Source: an uncultured candidatus Porisulfidus sp.
GTDB taxonomy: Bacteria; Pseudomonadota; Gammaproteobacteria; Poriferisulfidales; Poriferisulfidaceae
Reading direction: 5' to 3'
Assembly: GCA_965116025.1 (NCBI GenBank)
Contig: OZ220480.1
Span: forward strand, 1,592,495 to 1,656,494
Length of the DNA stretch: 64,000 nucleotides
The notes beneath the pieces were generated by a model. That model searched no databases. It saw only the letters and a list, made by a program, of their open reading frames with translations, and was not told the DNA's origin. Positions 38,310-47,749 of this stretch are shown in pieces (position 1 is the stretch's first letter; every line of letters begins with the position of its first letter). Position numbers and translations under genes: made by a program.

Positions 38310-38518
38310 TTAGGCTACCTTTCGAGCTTTGACTTCCAGGTGTATGTTCTCCTGTTCCTGCAAGCAATGGATCACCGCGCGAACAGGTTGCTCGCTTGGG
38401 GATTTTCTTTTGGCCCGAACATGCGCATGAGATTCTTGCTCGACTTGTCGGAAACCCGAGAAAGTTCCTCAAATCCGATCATCGCGTTGATATAGTCACG
38501 CAGCACCGCTTTGTCGGT
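38310..38518 (-). pseudogene. degraded second copy of the higA antitoxin 3' two-thirds (5'-truncated, 1-nt insertion frameshift)
   Basis: The minus strand reads TDKAVLRDYINAMIGFEELSRVSDKSSKNLMRMFGPKENPQASNLFA then, after a frameshift, VIHCLQEQENIHLEVKARKVA*. Manual alignment to 32844-33050 gives 28 mismatches over 207 nt plus one inserted base. Confidence 0.8.
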
Positions 38519-38594
38519 TCACAGTCGAGTAGGAGTAATTTCTCGTCTAGCGCCTGTTTACGGGTGCCGGAAGCCGGAAGCGAACGCTTCACGC

Positions 38595-39074
38595 TCATTC
38601 ACGCCAGCGCGAGAACACGTAGTCGTGGTCTTTCTGCGAGGCGTGACAACCAAAGCAGGCTTGCCCACCATCCTGGACCAAGCGCTCGGTACGGCTGTCG
38701 CCTTTGAACCCCTCGAAGCCCCAGCCGCCGGTTTCCGGGTAGCGCTCGCTATCCTTGACCATGATGCCCACGAGGATGCGGTCGCCTTCTGTTGAGGCGG
38801 CATCTCGCGTTTGGTATTCCAGCAGGTCGAAGATCAGGACGCTGCCATCTTGGAACTTTCCGGTTTTCGTGCCGGCCACGGCCGGGTCATTGCCATAGAT
38901 ATGGTGAAGACCCTTGAATGGATTCTCCAAAGGGTGACCGGAATGCAGCACCATGGATTTGATATGCGTCCAGTATCGATAGCCATCGGGATAGTCGACT
39001 CGATCATCGGCCTGAATCGCGCAGGGGATGGCCAGCGAGCTCGCCAGCATCGTCAGGTGCAGAAAATGTTTCAT
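38595..39074 (-). CDS. cytochrome P460 family protein
   Basis: 159 aa with a signal peptide, the C-terminal heme motif CFGCH, and GGWGFEGF and MVKD segments typical of P460. Confidence 0.85.
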   Translation of the reverse strand: MKHFLHLTMLASSLAIPCAIQADDRVDYPDGYRYWTHIKSMVLHSGHPLENPFKGLHHIYGNDPAVAGTKTGKFQDGSVLIFDLLEYQTRDAASTEGDRILVGIMVKDSERYPETGGWGFEGFKGDSRTERLVQDGGQACFGCHASQKDHDYVFSRWRE

Positions 39075-39096
39075 AGAGGACCTCCGCGATCAATGG

Positions 39097-39384
39097 TTAC
39101 GGGTTCTCGGAAGGGCAACCTTCCATCGGAAGAATGAAATAGCCTTGCGTCTCCAGTCGCGCGCTCGCTTCCGGGCTCGCCGCTTCCGAATGGCAATAGC
39201 GGCATTGTTCCAGTCGCGCCAGATCAGAATCCATTCCGTGGTCGCGCAACCAAGCGCGGGCCGCGTCAGCGGCCTTCTCGTCACGCTGGGCACCGAGACC
39301 CGTGGGCAGAAACACGTCGAAATGCATCCGGCGGCCATCCTCGGTGAGGACGTAAGTGTCATAAACATCGACGTTCATGGCCAA
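39097..39384 (-). CDS. DUF2024-like small protein with a C-x2-C-H ... C cluster
   Basis: 95 aa. VDVYDTYVLTEDGRRMHFDVFLP and CRYCH...GYFILPMEGCP. Lies 22 nt upstream of the P460 gene on the same strand. Confidence 0.65.
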   Translation of the reverse strand: MAMNVDVYDTYVLTEDGRRMHFDVFLPTGLGAQRDEKAADAARAWLRDHGMDSDLARLEQCRYCHSEAASPEASARLETQGYFILPMEGCPSENP

Positions 39385-39680
39385 CCGAATCTCGAATTCA
39401 AAGCATCGACGAGAGCAAAATAGCCGTTCTCATGCCGTTTGTCAAGAGGCTGAGGCTGAGAGATAACCGCTTTCCAAGCGAGTCGCGCCAACACGTTAAA
39501 TTTGGTTGGAATGAGTATCGTCGCGCGGACTTGGCGGACTCATGGAGATCGCGGCCTATAATGAATTTCTTGGCTGACAGTTGGGGCTTTCCCCAATGCG
39601 CGAGAATGCCAGGGACCATTCGCCGTTTTTCGCGGCTGGATCGGCGGCAATCAAAACCATTCTTCTTCGCTCGAAAATCA

Positions 39681-40145
39681 ATGGATTCGGATTCGACTAC
39701 GCTCGACGAGGAAATGATGGATCGGGCTCTGGAGCTCGCGAGATGGGCGGCGGCGGATGGAGAGGTGCCGGTTGGCGCCGTGGTCACGCTGGATGGCTCC
39801 GTGGTCGGAACTGGCTACAACCGTAGCGTCAAGCTGGACGATCCGAGCGCGCATGCCGAGATCGTCGCGTTGCGAGAGGCCGGGAAGGCGGTCCGCAACT
39901 ATCGCTTACCAGGCGCGACCCTGTACGTGACTTTGGAGCCTTGCTTGATGTGCGTTGGCGCGGCGGTCGCGGCGCGGGTGGAGCGCTTGGTCTTTGGGGC
40001 CGCGGATCCCAAGGCGGGCTGTTTGGGAGGCGCGTTCGACGCGGCGAGATTGCCATTTCTGAACCATCGCTTCGTGGTCGATTCGGGAGTTCGGGCGCGG
40101 CAGTGCGGCGACCTGCTCCGAGATTTTTTTCGAAAACGGCGGTGA
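39681..40145 (+). CDS. tadA: tRNA adenosine(34) deaminase
   Basis: ORF 39432..40145 trimmed to ATG 39681. CDA motifs HAEI and TLEPCLMCVGA. Confidence 0.9.
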   Translation: MDSDSTTLDEEMMDRALELARWAAADGEVPVGAVVTLDGSVVGTGYNRSVKLDDPSAHAEIVALREAGKAVRNYRLPGATLYVTLEPCLMCVGAAVAARVERLVFGAADPKAGCLGGAFDAARLPFLNHRFVVDSGVRARQCGDLLRDFFRKRR

Positions 40146-40279
40146 CGCGGGACCGAAAATCGCGACTATGGATTTTGGGTATAATGCGTTGCCAAGTCTT
40201 GCGGACATTCGCGCGAAGCGGATAGCACACCACGGATGAGCGAACAACCTGTCTCGAATTCTCTACAAGGCCGGAGTTG

Positions 40280-42136
40280 ATGGATACGTTCCTCGGTCTG
40301 CTGCTACGCCAAGCAAGCGAAAATCCAGATCTTCCCGCCCTGCGCACCAAGCGCATGGGCATTTGGGACGTCACCACATGGGCGCAGGCGCGCGACCGGG
40401 TCTCCGTCTTGGCCCATATGCTGGGCGAGCAGGGCGTGGGGGAAGGAACGTCGTTCGGAGTCTTCGGCCCTAATCACACGGATATGTACCTGACCTACCT
40501 CGCGGTGCATAGCCTCGGGGGAATCGTGGTACCCATCGGCTCGAGCACGTTCGGCGATGATCTCCGGCGGCAGATTCAAAGCTCCGATGTCGAGCATATC
40601 CTCGCGTTCGAGCAACAGCACGTGGACGCTTTGCTGGAATGCGGGAAGACCAGCCTGAAAAGAGTGTTCTACGTCAACGGCCGCGGCATAGAGAACTACG
40701 ATCAGCCCGAGCTGGCGTCATTGCCGCAAAGCTTGGAAGGCATCGAGGCATCCACCTCGCTCTTGGAGCGATTGGAAGGACAAAGGGATCCGGAGGAGAC
40801 GGCGACCATTCTTCTGACCTCCGGTGCCGGTCGCGAGGAGCGGCCGGTCGAGCTGTCGCACGGCGCTCTGATCGCCACCGCCCGTAGCCTCGCGCGGCGC
40901 GAGACGATCACGGCGAAGGACAGCTTGCTGGCGTATCTGCCGCTGTCGGTCTCCAGCGATTTCCTGTTTTCCTATTCCTTGGCCATGGTGTCCGGCTGCG
41001 CCATGAATTGCCCAGAGAACGACGACACCGTGCTGGAGAACATGCAGGAAATCGGCCCGACGCTCATGTTCGGCCCGCCCTACGTCTACAAGTACATCTA
41101 CACGCACGCCTCCAACCGGATTGAGAGCGCCCGGACGCTGGACACCAAGATCTACAAAGCGGCGTTGCGCGCCGTGATGACGGTCGCCGCGCACCGAGCC
41201 GAAGGCTCGCATGGCTCGATCGCTGACCGACTGCGCTTTCTGCTCGCGCGCTTCACCACGTTCAGCCCATTCTGCAACATGTATGGCCTGAGCCGCCTGC
41301 GTCTCGCGTTGACCGGCGGCGACGCGATCGCGCCGGACGTGTTCCATTTCTTCCGGGCGATCGGGATCGACCTGCGCGAGACCTACGGACAGGTCGAGGG
41401 GTGCGCTTGCGTGACCATGCAGTCGTCCGAGGATTGGAACTCGGACTCGGTCGGACGACCGCTCGATGGCACGGAGGTGCGCATCGAGGATGGCGAGATA
41501 TGGTTTCGGGGGCCGGGGCGCATGAAGGGGATTCACAAGAACCCCGAGGCGACTGCCGAGAGCGTCAAGGATGGCTGGGTGCGGACTCATGACGCGGGAC
41601 ACTTGGACGACCAGGGCCGCCTTCATGTGCATGGGCAGATCGCGCGCATGGGAAAGCTCCGCGATGGCGGCGCGTTCGCGCCTGACATACTGGAAGCTCG
41701 CCTGCGCTCCTCCGAATACATCAAGCAGGCGATCATCTTCGGGAATGATCGGGAATATCCAGTCGCCATCGTCGCGATCGATGGCACCATCACGCGAACC
41801 TGGGCGGACCGGCGCAGCCTGCGCTACACGGGCTACGCCGACTTGTCGGCGCACGCCTCGGTGCAGGAGATGGTGCGCGAGTATATCCAGAAGGTGAACG
41901 AGCGGCTTGCGGAAGACCCGGCGACCTCAGGCATGCGGTTGCGCCGCTTCGCCATCCTGAACCGCGAGTTCATGGCTTCGGCCGGCGAGGTGACTCCGAC
42001 CCGGAAATTGCGGTGCCATGCGGTGGAGGGGAAGCACCGGGGGCTGGTCGAGGCGCTGTACAGCGACGCGCTGGAGTACACTTATACGGACCCGGTCGAC
42101 GGGGAGACCTACACCCTGCCATTGGGGAACGTTTAA
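40280..42136 (+). CDS. AMP-dependent acyl-CoA synthetase/ligase (long-chain fatty-acid-CoA-ligase-like) heading the ABC transporter operon
   Basis: 618 aa. AMP-binding-like TILLTSGAGREERP and downstream ETYGQVEG and GWVRTHDAG motifs. Confidence 0.8.
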   Translation: MDTFLGLLLRQASENPDLPALRTKRMGIWDVTTWAQARDRVSVLAHMLGEQGVGEGTSFGVFGPNHTDMYLTYLAVHSLGGIVVPIGSSTFGDDLRRQIQSSDVEHILAFEQQHVDALLECGKTSLKRVFYVNGRGIENYDQPELASLPQSLEGIEASTSLLERLEGQRDPEETATILLTSGAGREERPVELSHGALIATARSLARRETITAKDSLLAYLPLSVSSDFLFSYSLAMVSGCAMNCPENDDTVLENMQEIGPTLMFGPPYVYKYIYTHASNRIESARTLDTKIYKAALRAVMTVAAHRAEGSHGSIADRLRFLLARFTTFSPFCNMYGLSRLRLALTGGDAIAPDVFHFFRAIGIDLRETYGQVEGCACVTMQSSEDWNSDSVGRPLDGTEVRIEDGEIWFRGPGRMKGIHKNPEATAESVKDGWVRTHDAGHLDDQGRLHVHGQIARMGKLRDGGAFAPDILEARLRSSEYIKQAIIFGNDREYPVAIVAIDGTITRTWADRRSLRYTGYADLSAHASVQEMVREYIQKVNERLAEDPATSGMRLRRFAILNREFMASAGEVTPTRKLRCHAVEGKHRGLVEALYSDALEYTYTDPVDGETYTLPLGNV

Positions 42137-42137
42137 G

Positions 42138-42917
42138 ATGGCTTCAGCGGACCCGATTCTGAGGATTGAGGACATCACGCTGGCGTTCGGCGGCGTGACC
42201 GCGCTGAACGGGATCAGTTTCGACGTGGAGGATGGCGAGATCTGCGCGGTGATCGGGCCCAACGGCGCTGGCAAGAGTTCCATGCTGAACGTCATCAACA
42301 GCGTGTATATCCCGCAGAAAGGACGGGTCATCTTCAGGGGGCAGGACTGCACCCGCATGCGTCCGCGGCAGATCGCGAAGTTGGGCATGGCGCGGACGTT
42401 CCAGAACATTGGGCTGTTCCAGGGCATGACCGTGCTGGAGAACATTCTGACCGGGCGGAGCCTGAAAATCCGCTCCACCTGGATCGAGCAGGGCCTGAAC
42501 ATCGGGCGGGCCCGCCGCGAGGAGGTCGAGAACCGCCGAGCGGTCGAGGAGGTCATCGAGTTTTTGCACCTGCAGGGCATCCGGAAGACTCCGGTCGGGA
42601 AGCTTCCGTACGGTCTGCAGAAACGAGTCGAGCTGGCCCGGGCGCTGGTGGCCGAGCCCACCTTGTTGCTGCAGGACGAGCCGATGACTGGAATGAACCT
42701 GGAAGAGAAGAAGGACATGTCCTGCTTCGCGCTCGAGATCAACCGGGAATTCGGCACCACCATCGTGCTGATCGAGCACGACATGAGCGTGGTGATGGAC
42801 ATCTCCGACCATGTGGTCGTGCTGGATTACGGCGCGAAGATCGGCGACGGCACGCCGGACGAGGTCAAGAACAATCAAGACGTGATCGACGCCTATCTGG
42901 GCGTGTCGCACGACTGA
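42138..42917 (+). CDS. branched-chain-amino-acid-type ABC transporter ATP-binding protein (LivG-like)
   Basis: ORF 42018..42917 trimmed to ATG 42138. Walker A GPNGAGKS, signature-like LPYGLQKR, Walker B LLLQDEP. Confidence 0.88.
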   Translation: MASADPILRIEDITLAFGGVTALNGISFDVEDGEICAVIGPNGAGKSSMLNVINSVYIPQKGRVIFRGQDCTRMRPRQIAKLGMARTFQNIGLFQGMTVLENILTGRSLKIRSTWIEQGLNIGRARREEVENRRAVEEVIEFLHLQGIRKTPVGKLPYGLQKRVELARALVAEPTLLLQDEPMTGMNLEEKKDMSCFALEINREFGTTIVLIEHDMSVVMDISDHVVVLDYGAKIGDGTPDEVKNNQDVIDAYLGVSHD

Positions 42918-42928
42918 GGGAGGCGGGC

Positions 42929-43870
42929 ATGGGCTTCGACTGGGTATTTTTCATCGAGATTTTCGTTGGCGGGCTGATGTCCGGCATTATGTACTCGCTG
43001 GTCGCGATCGGCTTCGTGCTGATCTACAAGTCTTCCGGGATATTCAACTTCGCGCAGGGCACCATGTTGCTGTTCGCGGCGCTGACGTTCGTGAAGCTGA
43101 CCGAGGGCAGCGTGAACTTCTGGGTGGCCCTTATCCTGACGATGGCCACCATGGTGGTGTTCGGGATCCTCGTGGAGCGCTTCATGATGCGTCCTCTGGC
43201 CAACCAGTCGTTGTTGTCTCTGTTCATGGCGACGGTCGGGCTGGCGACGCTGATCGAGGGGCTGGCCCAGTACGTGTGGGACTCCGCGATCCACGGCTTG
43301 CAGCTAGCGGATTTTCTGGATCTGGCGCTCTTGGATCCGGTTAACATGACGATCTTCGTCTCCGACTATATCGAGTGGCTGGACATCCTGATCTCGAAAT
43401 TCGACATATTCGCCACGATCGTGGCGGGAAGCATGATTCTGATCTTGGCGATCTTCTTCCAGAAAACCCGGACCGGGATGTCGTTGCGCGCGGTGTCCGA
43501 TGATCATCTGGCGGCCATGGCGGTGGGCATTCCGCTGTCTCGGGTATGGGCGCTGGTGTGGGCCGTGACGGGCATCATCGCGCTGATCGCGGGGTTATTG
43601 TGGGCGGAGCGGGTCAGCGTGTCGTTCACGCTGGTGGAGGCGGTGCTCAAGGCCTTGCCCGTGATCTTGATCGGGGGGCTGACCTCGATCCCCGGCGCGA
43701 TCGTCGGCGGACTGATTATCGGAGTGGGCGAGAAGATGGGCGAGATCTATTTGGGCGACCTGCTGGGCGTGCAAGGCATCGAGACCTGGTTCTCGTACTT
43801 CATCGCCTTGGTCTTCCTGCTCTTTCGGCCCTCCGGGCTGTTCGGGCTGAAAGCCGTCGAGAGGGTCTAG
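42929..43870 (+). CDS. ABC transporter permease (LivH-like)
   Basis: 313-aa polytopic membrane protein in the BPD_transp_2 pattern. Confidence 0.85.
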   Translation: MGFDWVFFIEIFVGGLMSGIMYSLVAIGFVLIYKSSGIFNFAQGTMLLFAALTFVKLTEGSVNFWVALILTMATMVVFGILVERFMMRPLANQSLLSLFMATVGLATLIEGLAQYVWDSAIHGLQLADFLDLALLDPVNMTIFVSDYIEWLDILISKFDIFATIVAGSMILILAIFFQKTRTGMSLRAVSDDHLAAMAVGIPLSRVWALVWAVTGIIALIAGLLWAERVSVSFTLVEAVLKALPVILIGGLTSIPGAIVGGLIIGVGEKMGEIYLGDLLGVQGIETWFSYFIALVFLLFRPSGLFGLKAVERV

Positions 43871-43872
43871 CC

Positions 43873-44967
43873 ATGTTTTATCGCGAAACCGGAACGTTCA
43901 CCACCAGCTATCTGGAGGACCGGAAGCTCTTTCCGATCCCGTTCGACAAATGGGCGATGGGGGTCTTCATGGCCTTCATGGTCTTCGTGATCCCATTCAT
44001 CGCCAGCGACTACTGGCTGGCGGCCCACCTGATCCCAATCCTGGCGTTCGGCTGCGCCGCGCTCGGCCTGAATCTTTTGACCGGCATGACGGGGCAGTTG
44101 TCGCTGGGCACGGCCGGCTTCATGTGCTTCGGCGCCTTCTTCACCTTCAACATCATGCTGCGCTTCCCGGAAGGCTGGATGAGTCTGCCGGTGGCGATGA
44201 TGCTGGCGGGGACGGCGACGGGCCTGATCGGGGTCGTCTTCGGTCTCCCGAGCATCCGGATCAAGGGCTTCTACCTGCTGGTGTCCACGCTGGCCGCGCA
44301 GTACTTCGCCTTGTGGTTCTTCCGTTCCTACCCGTATTTCCTGAACTACGCCACCGCGACCGTGACCCTGCCGGACCACCATCTCGACTATCTTTGGATT
44401 GGCGAGACCTTCAACGTGGACATGGCGAGCTACGAGGCCAAGTATCTGATGTCGCTGGGCATCGTGTCCGGGCTCGCGCTGTTCGCCAAGAACCTCATGC
44501 GCAGCTCGACTGGAAGGAATTTCATGGCGGTGCGCGACATGGATATCGCGGCCAGCGTGATCGGCATCCCGGTGATGCGCACGAAGATGCTGGCGTTCTT
44601 CGTCAGCTGCTTCTACTGCGGCGTGGGCGGCGCGCTGTTCTGCTACGCGTATCTGCAGGTGCTGGGCATTCGCACCTTCGAGATGAACCGCTCGTTCACC
44701 GTGCTGTTCATGGTGATCATCGGCGGTTTGGGCTCGATCGCCGGGTCGTTCTACGGCACGATCCTGGTCTATGAGTTCCCGATTTTCTTCTCTTGGGTCG
44801 GGGACTACGTGTTCGGTGGGGCCTTCGACACCGCGGTGGTGCAGAACGTCGCGAAGATCCTGTATGGCATCCTGATCATCGCTTTGCTGATCCGGGAGCC
44901 GGGCGGTCTGGCGGCGCTGTGGGCGACCACCAAACAGAAACTTCGAACTTGGCCATTCCCGCACTGA
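43873..44967 (+). CDS. ABC transporter permease (LivM-like)
   Basis: ORF 43546..44967 trimmed to ATG 43873 (MFYRETGTF...). Polytopic membrane protein. Confidence 0.85.
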   Translation: MFYRETGTFTTSYLEDRKLFPIPFDKWAMGVFMAFMVFVIPFIASDYWLAAHLIPILAFGCAALGLNLLTGMTGQLSLGTAGFMCFGAFFTFNIMLRFPEGWMSLPVAMMLAGTATGLIGVVFGLPSIRIKGFYLLVSTLAAQYFALWFFRSYPYFLNYATATVTLPDHHLDYLWIGETFNVDMASYEAKYLMSLGIVSGLALFAKNLMRSSTGRNFMAVRDMDIAASVIGIPVMRTKMLAFFVSCFYCGVGGALFCYAYLQVLGIRTFEMNRSFTVLFMVIIGGLGSIAGSFYGTILVYEFPIFFSWVGDYVFGGAFDTAVVQNVAKILYGILIIALLIREPGGLAALWATTKQKLRTWPFPH

Positions 44968-45140
44968 CGGGCGAATCGAGAGATCTCGAGGAAAATTATC
45001 TGACTGAATCATCTGGATTACTCTCGGGCGCCTCTGGATGCATTTGCTAAAAGAGGCGTTTGGGTGTAAAAAAGGCTTGCTGAAAAGCAGTTAACTGCAA
45101 GCTATAACTAAAAGCCTCTTAAGGAGGGCACAACGAAACC

Positions 45141-46487
45141 ATGAAAAGCAAAATTTGGATAACAGGTGCGGCCATGGCCGTCGCCATGTCCACGACCGCT
45201 CCAGTGATGGCCGCGGGGGAAGTCTACATCCCCATGCCGGTCTATCGCATTGGGCCGTACGCGACGGGTGGCACGGGCTACTTCGGCGGGATCATCGATT
45301 ACTACAATCTGATGAACATGACCGAAGGCGGCGTCGGTGGCATGAAGATCATCTGGAACGAATGCGAAACCCAGTACAACGACCAACAGGGCGTCGAGTG
45401 CTACCACCGGATGAAGGAGTACGAGGGCAAGAGCGCCTTGTTCTTCGATCCTCTGTCCGTTGGCATCTCGACCTCACTGGTCGCCCAGGGACGCAAGGAC
45501 AAGATCTCGATCATCGCGGTGAACCACGGTCGAACCGAGGGTCAGCGCGGGGACGTCTTCCCGTACTACTTCATGCCTGGCATCAATACCTACGACGAGC
45601 ATTCCATCATCACGGCCTTCATCGGCCAGCTGGAAGGCGGCATGGAGAACCTGGCGGGCAAGAAGATCGTTCTTCTGTTCCACGGTTCCACCTATGGCCG
45701 CGAGGCCGTCGAGTTCACGCACATGCTGTGCGAGAAGCACGGGTGCGAGTCCGAGGCGATCGAGGTCCCTCACCCAGGCAACGAGCAGACTTCCCAGTGG
45801 CTGAAAATCCGCCGCTCGAAGCCTGACTACGTCGTGCTGCGCGGCTGGGGAGTCATGAATCCGGTGGCTATGCAGACCGGCGTTCGCATGGGCTTCCCGA
45901 TCGACCATCTGATCGGCAACATCTGGAGCAACGACGATGGCGACGTGAAGCCGGCTGGCTCCTCGGCCAACGGCTATCAGGCCATCACCACGCACCCGAC
46001 GGGCCGCGTGGCTCCAGTGATCGATGAGATCGTGGATAAGGTGTACGGCGCCGGCAAGGGAGACCTGCAGGACAAGTCGCGCATCGGCTCCAACTACTGG
46101 AACCTCGGCGTGATGGCGGGAGTCATCCATCTCGAGGCGGTTCGCGTCGCGCAGGCTCGTTTCGGGCCCGACGTCAACTCCTCCCAGGTCCGCTGGGGCT
46201 TCGAGAACCTGAACCTGGACACCGCCCGCCTGACTGAGTTGGGCGCGAACGGCCTGGTTCCGGAGATCAAGACCAATTGCATGGACCATGTGGGCGGCCA
46301 TCAGGCCAAGTTCATCCAGTGGGTGTACGCCGACACGCAGTGGAAAGTCGTGACCGACTGGATCGATGGCGACGTCGAGCTCTCTCAGTCCATCATCGAC
46401 GCCAAGGCGGAGAACGCGATCAAGAACGAAGGCATCGAGCCGCGGGATTGCAACGATCCCGAGCAGCGCGACAACTTCGACGTCTGA
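45141..46487 (+). CDS. periplasmic substrate-binding protein (LivK/Peripla_BP_6-like)
   Basis: 448 aa with the signal peptide MKSKIWITGAAMAVAMSTTAPVMA. Sits within the Liv-type operon. Confidence 0.85.
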   Translation: MKSKIWITGAAMAVAMSTTAPVMAAGEVYIPMPVYRIGPYATGGTGYFGGIIDYYNLMNMTEGGVGGMKIIWNECETQYNDQQGVECYHRMKEYEGKSALFFDPLSVGISTSLVAQGRKDKISIIAVNHGRTEGQRGDVFPYYFMPGINTYDEHSIITAFIGQLEGGMENLAGKKIVLLFHGSTYGREAVEFTHMLCEKHGCESEAIEVPHPGNEQTSQWLKIRRSKPDYVVLRGWGVMNPVAMQTGVRMGFPIDHLIGNIWSNDDGDVKPAGSSANGYQAITTHPTGRVAPVIDEIVDKVYGAGKGDLQDKSRIGSNYWNLGVMAGVIHLEAVRVAQARFGPDVNSSQVRWGFENLNLDTARLTELGANGLVPEIKTNCMDHVGGHQAKFIQWVYADTQWKVVTDWIDGDVELSQSIIDAKAENAIKNEGIEPRDCNDPEQRDNFDV

Positions 46488-46513
46488 TCGAGACGGAATG
46501 CGTTTAGAGTGAC

Positions 46514-46533
46514 GGCGGGGGGCGACCCCCGCC
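46514..46533 (+). promoter_or_regulatory. intercistronic GC hairpin (GGCGGGGG / CCCCCGCC) between the binding-protein and LivF-like genes
   Basis: Read directly: an 8-bp G/C stem with a 4-nt loop, 27 nt after the binding-protein stop. No U-tract. Confidence 0.4.
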
Positions 46534-46640
46534 TGACCTCTTTCCCCGACCGACCGGCGACCCTCAAATAACCCGTCTCTGACGCCAAGCGCACCCCGCT
46601 TCGCCCCAGATTCGGCCTCACGCGGCGAGAGAGTCCAGCC

Positions 46641-47447
46641 ATGACCGACGTTCTGCTGTCCATCAACAATATCGAGGTCACCTACAACCGGGTGATTCTC
46701 GCCTTGCGCGGCATTAGCCTGCAGGTGAGGCAAGGGGATATCGTCTCGTTGCTGGGTGCCAACGGGGCTGGCAAGACGACGACCCTCAAGGCGTGCTCCA
46801 ACCTGTTGCCGGCCGAGCGCGGCCAGATCAGCAAGGGGTCCATCGAGTTCCTCGGCAAGGACACCGCGGGAATGAGCGCGTACGATCTGGTGAAGAACGG
46901 GGTCGCGCAGGTGCTGGAGGGGCGGCATTGCTTCGCGCACCTGACGGTGGAGGAGAATCTAATGACGGGTTCCTTCATCCTCGAGGACCGAGCCCAGTCG
47001 AAAAAGGATTTGGAACTGGTGTACGAATACTTCCCTCGCATCAAGGTGCGCCGAAAAAGCGAGGCGGGCTTCACTTCTGGCGGTGAGCAACAGATGGTCG
47101 CTATTGGCCGAGCCTTGATGTCGCGCCCGAAACTGATCTTGCTCGACGAGCCCTCCATGGGCATCGCCCCGCAGTTGGTCGAGGAGGTCTTCGAGATCAT
47201 ACAAAACCTCAACAAGAATGAGGGCGTGAGTTTCTTGGTCGCGGAGCAGAACGCCAGAATCGCGCTCAAGTACGCGACCGAAGCCTACGTAGTCGAGAAC
47301 GGCCGGGTCATGTTGCGCGGCTCCTCCAAGGAGCTGATGGGACGGGCCGATGTGCAGGAGTTGTACTTGGGAGCCGGAGCTGAGGAGGAGGGCGAGAGCT
47401 TCCGCGACGTCAAGCACTATCACCGGCGGCGACCCTCGTTCGCCTGA
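46641..47447 (+). CDS. ABC transporter ATP-binding protein (LivF-like)
   Basis: Walker A GANGAGKTT, signature SGGEQQM, Walker B LILLDEPS. Confidence 0.88.
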   Translation: MTDVLLSINNIEVTYNRVILALRGISLQVRQGDIVSLLGANGAGKTTTLKACSNLLPAERGQISKGSIEFLGKDTAGMSAYDLVKNGVAQVLEGRHCFAHLTVEENLMTGSFILEDRAQSKKDLELVYEYFPRIKVRRKSEAGFTSGGEQQMVAIGRALMSRPKLILLDEPSMGIAPQLVEEVFEIIQNLNKNEGVSFLVAEQNARIALKYATEAYVVENGRVMLRGSSKELMGRADVQELYLGAGAEEEGESFRDVKHYHRRRPSFA

Positions 47448-47749
47448 GCGGAGCTTCCTCTTCGAGGGATGGAGAACTCGGCCTCATAGCGCTAGCGGAG
47501 ATGTCAAAAATAGGGTATCCTAAAGCCCACGCCAAGCGCGCGAAATCATGAACGTATCGAAGGACTTCCCCACCCTCTGCACGGCAAGGCGCGGAGTCGC
47601 CTCGTCGTTGGCCGCCTTCCTCCTGCCGCGCTCGCGGCATGATCTTCTACCCTGACGACCCAAATCTGGCGGAACATCGAGACGCCTGACAGAAATCGTT
47701 GCCTCCATACGCCCCCGAAGCGGGGGAAAGAACATAGGGAATTCCAGAA

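Noticed and set aside
45050-45125. Nested inverted repeats (AAGAGGC...GCCTCTT, GCTTGC...GCAAGC, GCAG-TTAA-CTGC) in the AT-rich leader of the substrate-binding-protein gene, considered as a possible riboswitch or sRNA.
   Set aside because: The arms are short (4-7 bp) and interrupted by bulges, and I recognise no known riboswitch consensus. This may simply be a structured 5' UTR, and the evidence is too weak to report as a feature.
47548-47655. 35-aa ORF (MNVSKDFPTLCTARRGVASSLAAFLLPRSRHDLLP) and a CCCCCG/CGGGGG hairpin (about 47712-47727) upstream of leuA, considered as a possible leucine leader peptide and attenuator.
   Set aside because: The peptide has no run of Leu codons, the hairpin has no U-tract, and no alternative antiterminator pairing was evident. 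There is not enough support to call an attenuator.
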